From: a bacterium
Lineage (GTDB): Bacteria; Zhuqueibacterota; Zhuqueibacteria; Residuimicrobiales; Krinioviventaceae
NCBI GenBank assembly: GCA_963693055.1
Contig: OY843751.1
Location: 1,920,001 to 1,984,000, forward strand
Length of the DNA stretch: 64,000 nt
Direction of reading: 5' to 3'
The notes below the pieces were generated by a model that did no database searches, was not told where the DNA came from, and saw only the letters and a program-made list of their open reading frames with translations. Below, piece after piece: positions 56,057 to 64,000 of the stretch. How positions within the stretch are numbered: position 1 is the stretch's first letter; each line of letters begins with the position of its first letter. The translations under genes were made by a program, and so were the position numbers.

Positions 56057-57656
56057 CAGACTGTGTGAAAATGATCTTGAATATATGATATTAAAGTTGG
56101 ATATTCAAGTTGAAAGGAGAATCCAACTATGCGATATGTTCAAGGTCATAATCGAGAGCAGGAGACGATGTTTCCATCGGTAATGGATGACTATGTAACC
56201 GAAGATAATCCGGTAAGGTTTCTTGACGCTTATGTTGATACTCTTGACTTACTTAAACTCGGATTTACCCATGCAGATCCCCAGGCAATAGGCAGAAAAC
56301 CTTACAATCCGGCAGATCTTTTAAAATTATACATTTATGGTTATCTCAATCGTGTTCGGTCCAGTCGTATGCTTGAAAAAGAGACAATCAAAAATTTAGA
56401 AGTAATATGGTTGCTTCGTGGATTACGACCAGACTTTAAAACTATTGCAGATTTTCGAAAGGACAATAAAGGAGCACTTAAAAAAGTACATCGGGAATTT
56501 GTCCTTTATTGTCGTGAACTCAATTTGTTTGCCCTGGAATTGATTGCCATAGACGGCAGTAAATTCGCCGCAGTCAACCACACCAGAAAAGTTTTTAGTA
56601 AAAAGAAAATTGAAAAGATGATCAAAGAGATAGATCAAAGTATAAATAATTATCTTGAAAATATTGAACAAAATGATAAAAATGAAATGGGTGCTTCCCA
56701 TTCCGTGGATAATAAAGTAAAAAAAAAGATTAAACACCTAAAAACACAAAAAAGCATCCTACAAGGTTACAAAGCTGAATTAGATGAAACAGGAGAAACG
56801 CAGATTGCCTTGACTGATCCTGAATGCCGTATCATGCGCACGGGACATAAGGGGCAGGATGCGTGTTACAATGTTCAAAGTGCAGTTGACAGTAAACACA
56901 AATTGGTTGTTGATTTTGATATTACAAACGAAGGAAATGATCTGCATCAACTAGATAATATGACAAACAGGGTAAAAGAGTTATTTCAAATTGAAAGTTT
57001 CAAAGCTGTTGCAGACCTTGGCTATTTTGAAAAAAACGAAATCAAAAACTGTCAAGATAATCATGTGGAATGCTACTTACCGGAAGGAAATAAATCACAG
57101 AACAGTAAAAAAGGACTATATACCATTAAAGACTTTCAATATGATGCTGAAAACGACTGTTTTATTTGTCCCGCAAAGCGACAGTTAAAGGGAACTCGAA
57201 TCAGAGTACATAGCGGGAAAAATGAAAAAGATTATTGGACTGCTGCTTGCCGTAAATGCCAACAAAAGTCAAAATGCACTACGTCTAAAGATGTGCGTCA
57301 TCTTTATCGTTGGGAACAAGAAGGAATCATCGATGAAATGCGTCAACGGGTCAAAGAAAATCCGGAAATTATTGCAGCCAGACGAGACATAGTAGAACAT
57401 CCATTTGGAACCATTAAATATACAATGGGACACTATTATTTTCTCTGTAAGGGGCTTGAAATGGTTAAAACGGAAATGAGTTTATCCTTTCTGGCTTACA
57501 ATATGAAAAGAGTAATGAATATTATTGGTGTGAAACAATTAATAAGCATTATTAAAATGTATAAAATGAAAACTCGTGATTTTAAATGTTATTTTCCATT
57601 TTGTCCCATTAAAGTCTACAAAATGGCTGTTCTATAGTTTGTTTTCACACAGTCTG
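56057..57656 (+). mobile_element. IS1182-family insertion sequence
   Basis: Perfect 15-bp TIRs cagactgtgtgaaaa / ttttcacacagtctg bracket the transposase. Confidence 0.9.
56129..57637 (+). CDS. IS1182-family transposase
   Basis: GRKPYNP, SSRMLE, PDFKTIADFR, IDGSK, ADLGY, CP..C..C zinc ribbon and VEHPFGTIK motifs. Confidence 0.95.
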   Translation: MRYVQGHNREQETMFPSVMDDYVTEDNPVRFLDAYVDTLDLLKLGFTHADPQAIGRKPYNPADLLKLYIYGYLNRVRSSRMLEKETIKNLEVIWLLRGLRPDFKTIADFRKDNKGALKKVHREFVLYCRELNLFALELIAIDGSKFAAVNHTRKVFSKKKIEKMIKEIDQSINNYLENIEQNDKNEMGASHSVDNKVKKKIKHLKTQKSILQGYKAELDETGETQIALTDPECRIMRTGHKGQDACYNVQSAVDSKHKLVVDFDITNEGNDLHQLDNMTNRVKELFQIESFKAVADLGYFEKNEIKNCQDNHVECYLPEGNKSQNSKKGLYTIKDFQYDAENDCFICPAKRQLKGTRIRVHSGKNEKDYWTAACRKCQQKSKCTTSKDVRHLYRWEQEGIIDEMRQRVKENPEIIAARRDIVEHPFGTIKYTMGHYYFLCKGLEMVKTEMSLSFLAYNMKRVMNIIGVKQLISIIKMYKMKTRDFKCYFPFCPIKVYKMAVL

Positions 57657-57750
57657 TCCAATTTGGGACGGAGAATTGATGGTTTTTTTAAGTTATGGCA
57701 TATTTCAATAATAAACGGGGGTGCAATATAGTCACATATCCATTTGAAAA

Positions 57751-59232
57751 CTATTTTTTATCACTTGGAGCGTCATCACCGCCATCGTAAATTTCCGGGA
57801 CTATTTCCTGTTCTCCGGATTTTATTTCACGAGGGAGTTTATAAACCTTGCCATCTTTATTGCAGAAATAAATGTTGGACTCTGAAACCTTTCTGCAATT
57901 TCCATCAGCCCATAATCCATAAAAATCACTATGAAAATTCACAGGTCGCCGGACGTATGTGTGATTCATGGGACTGTTATAGGTCAACTGTTTTTCTTTT
58001 TCCCAACTCTTGCCGGCGTCATTGCTAATCCACACAGCTATTTCTCCACCCGGATTATAACGCTGCGGGCCCGGTTCAGTGGGTGCAATAAGCTTCCATT
58101 GCTTGTCCGATGTAATGTACAACGACCCCATATCATAATTATTGTCAGAGGTTGAAACACTATGGTCAACCCATTTTTTGCCGTTATAATGCAAAATTTC
58201 CCACGTTCTTGGATCGTTTTTAGGACCGGATTCATATCCCTTGCTGCTGATTACCAGGATCACAGGATTTCCCTTTTTATCAAAAGCCAGATCCTTCAGG
58301 TAGCAATTCAGACCTTCTTTTTTATAATCTTTTATTTTGGCATTGTTATCAATTTGAGTGAGGGGGAGTTTTATTTCTTTACCGTTACCATTAGTCCAGG
58401 TTTGTCCAAAGTCAGGTGTTTGTAAATAATATAAATTGGTGCGCCAATTCAATCCGCCCTCATCCGGGTGGTAATTGAACGCGACTGAAAAATTCCCATT
58501 GTTTTCGCCGCTTATTTGATAGTGTCCCTTGTCAATCCTGGCAATTATTTTCCATTCACCCCATTGAACGCCATCTTTGCTTGTATTGTATCCAATAACC
58601 CGTTGATTCACATTGTTCATATCTTTTTGGTATTTGGTAAAAAAGGCCATAAATCCTTTTTCACTTACGTACCAAACCTGGAAATAGGAGAAATTGTTTA
58701 AGGGTACTGTTTTGCCATCGACAATTTCTGTAGCATTGATCGGTTCAAATTCTGATATATCGTAAGGTTTGGTGCTTTTGGATATGTAAGAAGGACGCGA
58801 TGTACCATGAGAAGTGGAAAAAATCCAGATGAATCCGTCCTTATCCATTGATATTACCGGATTGTCGTGTGCGTCTGTTGTATGTTTGTCAAGAACAATG
58901 GTGGGATTCGCTACCGTACCGGTCTTGTGATCAAAATAAGAAACATTGTGAAATAAAGTTGAATTTTGGTCGTCACTGGCCCCAAAACAAAAAAATGTCT
59001 TTTCTGCTTTATCAGAATACACTGCAAAGGGCCGGTGTTTTGCGCAATACGTTCCCAGTCCACCACTGTATTTAAAAACATACTCGTCGTTGGATTTTTG
59101 ATTTGAATACCAGATGCCCTTGAATCCATCAGCTTTAATATTTAATCGTTTACCAGCATCATTTTCCTGCGCTGCCAGGGGGTAACAGGATAGAATGATT
59201 AATATCAAGCACGCTAATTTTTTCATGATCAT
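57751..59232 (-). CDS. Secreted BNR_4 beta-propeller protein (glycosidase/lyase candidate)
   Basis: KYSGGLGTY and DAHDNP motifs. Asp-boxes (SKDGVQW, TPDFGQTW, SNDAGKSW). Signal peptide. Start 59232 is preferred from the RBS. Confidence 0.75.
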   Translation of the reverse strand: MIMKKLACLILIILSCYPLAAQENDAGKRLNIKADGFKGIWYSNQKSNDEYVFKYSGGLGTYCAKHRPFAVYSDKAEKTFFCFGASDDQNSTLFHNVSYFDHKTGTVANPTIVLDKHTTDAHDNPVISMDKDGFIWIFSTSHGTSRPSYISKSTKPYDISEFEPINATEIVDGKTVPLNNFSYFQVWYVSEKGFMAFFTKYQKDMNNVNQRVIGYNTSKDGVQWGEWKIIARIDKGHYQISGENNGNFSVAFNYHPDEGGLNWRTNLYYLQTPDFGQTWTNGNGKEIKLPLTQIDNNAKIKDYKKEGLNCYLKDLAFDKKGNPVILVISSKGYESGPKNDPRTWEILHYNGKKWVDHSVSTSDNNYDMGSLYITSDKQWKLIAPTEPGPQRYNPGGEIAVWISNDAGKSWEKEKQLTYNSPMNHTYVRRPVNFHSDFYGLWADGNCRKVSESNIYFCNKDGKVYKLPREIKSGEQEIVPEIYDGGDDAPSDKK

Positions 59233-59263
59233 TACCCTTGTTTTGCTTTTCATTATGTGCCAT

Positions 59264-59296
59264 CACCTCCCAGAGGTCCCAGACCTCCGGGAGGTG
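59264..59296. repeat. REP-like double palindrome, copy 2
   Basis: cacctcccagaggtcccagacctccgggaggtg. Confidence 0.7.
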
Positions 59297-59301
59297 CAAG
59301 A

Positions 59302-61320
59302 TTAAAGAACAATATATTTCAAAAACTTGAAATCCGGTTTTTGTGCAAATTCAAATTCCACATTTCCCATGTCATCCACCTTGACGGTTCGGGAGGTTTC
59401 ATTGATCAAATCGGTAATCTCTATGGTTTTTCCTGACAGATAATGCAATTGGATTTTTTTTGAGGATTCCCGATTTTCTATTTCGCGAAACAAGGTAATA
59501 TAACCGGATTGGGTGGTTTGGTTATGGTTCTGAAATCCCGTCCACGATACATTGTCAGGTTTTTCGCCTATGGGATATACATAACCTTTGTACATTTCGT
59601 TACGGTGTTTTTTGTACAGCGCCAGCAAGGGGCGTATTTCTTTACGGTCCTGTTCATTGTAATATTGTGTTTCCTGGAAAAAGATAGGAGAACCCATCAG
59701 GGTAATGGCTACGCAATAACGATGATTGTGTTTATTGGCGTCACTGAGATCCGGATTCACCCGATCTATATTTTGCACAGATATTTGAAACTTGTTCAGG
59801 TTGACATATTTTGCAAGCTGCCACGCATCTCTCAGTACCAGATACGGGACGTATACCACATGATCGGGTTTGACCGGTTTGCGGTTTTCCAGATAAATGT
59901 TGCCATATTCACGCCCAAAATAATATCCCATACGCGGAGGATTTTCGGTCACATCCCAGTTTATCCGAACCAGATGATGTGTATATTCTGTGAATTGATG
60001 GACTTTGGAGATCAGCTCTTCCATTTCATCATAGTTTTGGAGATTGATAAAATCCAGTTTATAATAGCTGAATCCACCCTGATCAAAATTGTATTTCAAA
60101 TCCTCCAAAGGGATTCTTTCTCCGGCTGCCCATAATCCCAATATAACATTGTTTTCTCTGGCTGTCTGCCGAATTTTGCCCCAACCATTGGGGTACCGTT
60201 CTTTAACCGTATTCCAACTATCATAATCACTACCCTGCCAGCCATCATCAACCTGCTGAACATCAATACCCAAATCCGCCTGGCTTTTAATTTCCTTGAT
60301 TACATTTTCCTCGGCTGCCCGGCTTTGTGCAGTTTGTTTGTCATCCGAACTGCCCCAGGTATTTGCCAGAATATAGATATCTCGAACCGGATCAATGGGG
60401 TACCGGTCCCGGTCAAATGTTTTAAGCGCCAGTTCTCTGCCGGTATCTCCATTTTGGTATACCAGACTCCAGCTTGCCCATGCAGACCTGTATCGTTCAG
60501 ATAATATGTCCTTTTCCGTCAGGCTCCAACCGGTAGAGACCAATCCCGCGTGCCCAACCGTAAAATACCCGGTATTTAATCCCTGCTGGTTCACACATTT
60601 GTGGGATTCTTTGACAATCCCCACGCCTTCTGCGCCATCTTCCAGCCACATCAAACTGGCCCAGTCATATTTTTCAGTATCTTGTAAAGATGATTCTATC
60701 AATTCTTCTCTGAGGATCTCGGTTTCTCTCTTGTTTCTTCTCTGGGTTTCGTTATAATAGCCAATGACGTGACGATTAACGTCATTCGTTTTCACCGGGA
60801 GATATTCAACCCGGCCATTGTTGGATTCGTTTGATCCCGGTGGACTAAAATCTGATAATCCTTTAACAAAAATCTGGGTACGTATTCCGGGGGAGTTGGG
60901 GTAAACGCTGATTTCATATTTCAGTAGCAGCCTGGGAGCAGGATACTTTATTTCAACCACGACTTTGATATGGTCTGACGTATAGGGATCGAACCGTACA
61001 GGTTCAGCGGATAAGTTGACCAATTCAGCGGTTGTATGGTTATCAATTAATCCGGGGAAATTCCAGTCACAGTTATATTCAGGAGTATCTTTGACCCATT
61101 CCGTTCCGGTAATCATGTTTTTAAAACGTGTAGTGACCAGCCCGTTACCAGTCCATTGCCAATCCCTCGAAACCTGACCGGTTTCAATATGGAGTGTATT
61201 GCCATCTGTTGTTATATATGCTTGTTCAAATTGACATAATATTTTACTATCAAAAATACTCGCATAGAGGGAATGAGTAAACAGCATAACGACCAATATA
61301 TAGTACCTGAATCGCATCAT
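59302..61320 (-). CDS. GH36/GH27-clan alpha-galactosidase-like glycoside hydrolase
   Basis: ANTWG, QVDDGW and YYKLDF motifs. Signal peptide from ATG 61320 with an aaagga RBS. Confidence 0.72.
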   Translation of the reverse strand: MMRFRYYILVVMLFTHSLYASIFDSKILCQFEQAYITTDGNTLHIETGQVSRDWQWTGNGLVTTRFKNMITGTEWVKDTPEYNCDWNFPGLIDNHTTAELVNLSAEPVRFDPYTSDHIKVVVEIKYPAPRLLLKYEISVYPNSPGIRTQIFVKGLSDFSPPGSNESNNGRVEYLPVKTNDVNRHVIGYYNETQRRNKRETEILREELIESSLQDTEKYDWASLMWLEDGAEGVGIVKESHKCVNQQGLNTGYFTVGHAGLVSTGWSLTEKDILSERYRSAWASWSLVYQNGDTGRELALKTFDRDRYPIDPVRDIYILANTWGSSDDKQTAQSRAAEENVIKEIKSQADLGIDVQQVDDGWQGSDYDSWNTVKERYPNGWGKIRQTARENNVILGLWAAGERIPLEDLKYNFDQGGFSYYKLDFINLQNYDEMEELISKVHQFTEYTHHLVRINWDVTENPPRMGYYFGREYGNIYLENRKPVKPDHVVYVPYLVLRDAWQLAKYVNLNKFQISVQNIDRVNPDLSDANKHNHRYCVAITLMGSPIFFQETQYYNEQDRKEIRPLLALYKKHRNEMYKGYVYPIGEKPDNVSWTGFQNHNQTTQSGYITLFREIENRESSKKIQLHYLSGKTIEITDLINETSRTVKVDDMGNVEFEFAQKPDFKFLKYIVL

Positions 61321-61487
61321 TGTTCCTTTCTTACTGGAATTGTGAATCAATCGTGCTATGTGTGATTTAAAAGATAAGCGTTGGCAGTTGGAATTCCAAT
61401 GAATTTTTCGGATATGCGTTCCAAGTATCTATCTTTTAATCAAGAGTGGGGGGTGAGAGGGGAATTGATTTTAAATCTGATATATAA

Positions 61488-61940
61488 TTATGAAAATTGG
61501 TCAATTAACTTCAAGAGATCTTTTTTATATCCTTCAAACTCTACAATTTCTATCATTTCTAATTTTATAGTGTTCAAAGCAGCTAGTGTAAGGGATGATT
61601 GTTCACCAGTGAATCCGTAATATTGATTTTCAGGGGCAAGTAAAAGATGCCTAATAAAATCGAGTACGAACGGCTCTCCGTCACTGTTGTGCATATTATT
61701 CAGTGCCATTTCAATCAATCGTGGCATCAGGTATCCCAATGCTTCAGGTAGAAGGTAGGGCAGAGGGCTCCAACCTGCATGACCAACCTGCTCGGGACCT
61801 ATTTCATGTAATTCACAGGATTGTAGCATTTGCTCATAATCTTTACATTCGAGACTGTTTTGGGTATCTACAAAATGGAGCGGGTGATTAAATGTATTGA
61901 AAACCTTGTATGCTTTTGCTATAATTTCTTCTTTTGTCAT
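61488..61940 (-). CDS. Hypothetical protein (DUF6714-like, helical)
   Basis: 150-aa ORF with ATGA overlap with the sialidase stop codon. EC motif and YLLPEALGYLMP. Confidence 0.6.
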   Translation of the reverse strand: MTKEEIIAKAYKVFNTFNHPLHFVDTQNSLECKDYEQMLQSCELHEIGPEQVGHAGWSPLPYLLPEALGYLMPRLIEMALNNMHNSDGEPFVLDFIRHLLLAPENQYYGFTGEQSSLTLAALNTIKLEMIEIVEFEGYKKDLLKLIDQFS

Positions 61941-63109
61941 AATTGACCCGCATCACCAGTTACGTTTGCAATCGGCAGGCGTGTGATCTGTGTTACGGCA
62001 AGCCCGTTATTGTATCGACGATCACCGCCACAATGTCCCAACAGAATATGGTCTTGAGTAAAATGAATTGCTGTATAACAGTACCATCCATTGGGATTGG
62101 TCTCTATATTTTGCTTGTTTTCCCAGGTTTTGCCTTCATCTTTTGATATGGCAATTGTTAAAGGTGTGCGTTTTTTCTCCAACTCGGGAGAAATGTTTTC
62201 GTGATTGTTCCAAACCATTATCAGTTTATTAGTACCGGGTATACGTTCTATAGATGCCGGAGATCTGGGAGACATGATGTTTGAAGCCTGCAGCGGCGTC
62301 CAATGTTCTCCCTGGTCTTTTGACCATGAAACGTACTGACATCCTACATTGGTACGGCAAAACATGTACAAGCTTCTGTCTGTCAATTCTACAATGCCGG
62401 GTTCCTGTACCAGTACACGGTTATGGTTTTCATCGTATGCTTTTTGAGCATCCACACTACGGTGCCAGGTTTCACCATTATCATCCGAGATATAGCACAA
62501 GATGACTCCATTCGAATCTCTTCCTTCAGGCCAGGCAGGGTGATTGTGCATTGCCAGGGGCAATATGATACGTCCGGTTGAGAGTTGTACCGCCCGATCA
62601 TTATTCAGAATAAAATACCCGCTGCTGTCGGTTACACAGCGTACCGGATCACTCCAGGTTTTGGCTTCATCCGTTGATATACGCATATGCGGACTGCAAT
62701 CGGTATGAGAATTTTTGACCAGATAAAAGAGGGCAATGTTGCCATTTTGCAAGCGCAACAGAGAAACAGACATGATGTTAAAATCGCCTTCATTGAGAAC
62801 GATCATCAGGTCTTTATCGCTCCAGGTTTTTCCAGCATCATTTGAAAGGCGTCCCGCAAGGTGTGCTGATGCATGATCACCTGCGCCGCCATTAAAATGG
62901 GTATAGACAAAGAGGATGCGCCCGTCATTCAGGGTGATAAAATCGCCTTCACTGTTTCGGGGATTCCCTTCACCCGGTTCAAGGCGGAATACACTGTATT
63001 GAGAAACAGGATATTGTTTGTCTGTATTATTACAACTGGTGAATACAGAAAGTATTACAAAAATAAATATTATGGATTGGATTTTTCTGAGCATTAAAAT
63101 TTTCCTCAT
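61937..63109 (-). CDS. GH33 exo-alpha-sialidase family (BNR) lipoprotein
   Basis: PRNSEG motif, five Asp-boxes SxDxGxTW, QEP, RTPL, YCY. Lipobox FTSC. Confidence 0.85.
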   Translation of the reverse strand: MRKILMLRKIQSIIFIFVILSVFTSCNNTDKQYPVSQYSVFRLEPGEGNPRNSEGDFITLNDGRILFVYTHFNGGAGDHASAHLAGRLSNDAGKTWSDKDLMIVLNEGDFNIMSVSLLRLQNGNIALFYLVKNSHTDCSPHMRISTDEAKTWSDPVRCVTDSSGYFILNNDRAVQLSTGRIILPLAMHNHPAWPEGRDSNGVILCYISDDNGETWHRSVDAQKAYDENHNRVLVQEPGIVELTDRSLYMFCRTNVGCQYVSWSKDQGEHWTPLQASNIMSPRSPASIERIPGTNKLIMVWNNHENISPELEKKRTPLTIAISKDEGKTWENKQNIETNPNGWYCYTAIHFTQDHILLGHCGGDRRYNNGLAVTQITRLPIANVTGDAGQL

Positions 63110-63140
63110 CTTGATCTGTAGAAATTAAGATACAAAAAAG

Positions 63141-63905
63141 TTACAACATGAAAAGAATAATTCCCAGACTAATATAAACAAAAATCCATTTTTTTATTGC
63201 CATGTCTAGCCGTTCTCTGGTCATTTGTGTTTTAACGGATAATCGATTGGTAATCAATATAGCAATGGGTAAACCTAGAAATGCCAAGCCTGCCCCGGCT
63301 ATTACATCACTGGGATAATGTGCTCCCAACACTATACGGGCCATGCATACCAACAGTGCAATTAAAATGAGCAGATACTTGCTCACCCTGTTAACGGTTT
63401 TTGTATTTGGGAAAAAGAATAAAAAGGGCAGTACCAGTGCGGTTACTTTTGTAGCATGTCCGGATGGTAATGCAGGTGAACCGGCACTTGTGTAACAAGC
63501 GATTTGGTCCGCATACAGCACGATGGGACGTGCACGATCAAATGCTTGTTTTAACAAATCACCGCCAATGCCGGATATGGCAAAAGAGAAAACGATTAAC
63601 AAAAAAATAAGGCGTTTGTCACCGAGATTTTTTGCTTTAATTTCGGTTAGCATATGATATAGATATATCAATATAACCATTTGCATGCCATGTCGGGAGA
63701 AAAATTGGGCCAATGTTAAAACAATAGCTTTAAAATTTGAGGTGTTGAGAGCAAATAAAATAGATTTCTCCCAAGTGGTTTGCCACCATAGTAACAGGGC
63801 AATAGCCCAGAGTATGGAAAAGGTTAAAAGGCAAATTCTCCATATGCTTTTGTTAAGGTGGAGAGGTGTAACCAACTCTGATGTGTTTTTTTTTGATTCA
63901 GACAT
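63141..63905 (-). CDS. PAP2 family membrane phosphatase
   Basis: K..FDRARP, PSGH and R..LGAHYPSDV motifs. Confidence 0.92.
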   Translation of the reverse strand: MSESKKNTSELVTPLHLNKSIWRICLLTFSILWAIALLLWWQTTWEKSILFALNTSNFKAIVLTLAQFFSRHGMQMVILIYLYHMLTEIKAKNLGDKRLIFLLIVFSFAISGIGGDLLKQAFDRARPIVLYADQIACYTSAGSPALPSGHATKVTALVLPFLFFFPNTKTVNRVSKYLLILIALLVCMARIVLGAHYPSDVIAGAGLAFLGLPIAILITNRLSVKTQMTRERLDMAIKKWIFVYISLGIILFML

Positions 63906-64000
63906 GTTTACTCCTTTATCATGTTCTGATCAGTATTTTACAATATTTACACCTAAACGCTGGTTTTTATTTAGTCAGGGGCTAACCTTGAATACATTCC

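Noticed and set aside
53440-57676. 10-bp direct repeat acggagaatt apparently bracketing the accessory island
   Set aside because: It is short, and the second copy is mostly part of the REP hairpin. Likely chance.
59509-60135. 208-aa plus-strand ORF and similar long shadow ORFs (19386-19922, 47888-48475, 28045-28530, 39422-39928)
   Set aside because: They lie antisense to well-supported genes and have no motifs or RBS.

Overview
Bacterial chromosomal window of low-to-moderate GC. The gene content resembles KSB1/Calditrichota/FCB-type polysaccharide degraders (inference only). It is dominated by glycan-catabolism genes: 2 GH92, GH28, a GH63/GH37-like enzyme, GH137, 2 GH2, GH106, a GH36-like enzyme, GH33, BNR_4 propellers and a PL2-like protein. 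These come with MFS transporters, a ROK kinase, an AGE epimerase, three Tat-exported Gfo/Idh/MocA oxidoreductases, DUF1080 and two URO-D-family proteins. A GmhA gene and an HldE-type kinase/HAD fusion sit inside this catabolic run. The window opens with a MacB/LolD-type ABC transporter and a large PQQ-like beta-propeller protein, and three of these four genes carry CxC motifs. Accessory DNA includes an AT-rich SIR2-family gene flanked by a diverged 76-bp duplication of the 3' end of a URO-D gene, an IS4-family element with an 11-bp TSD next to tRNA-Arg(CCG), and a HEPN(pseudo)-MNT pair. It also includes a decayed restriction-modification C-terminus followed by a membrane protein, an orphan MCP-tip protein and a HExxH protein, and a stack of REP-like palindromes split by an IS1182 element. 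All family calls come from motif recognition by eye; no database search was run.
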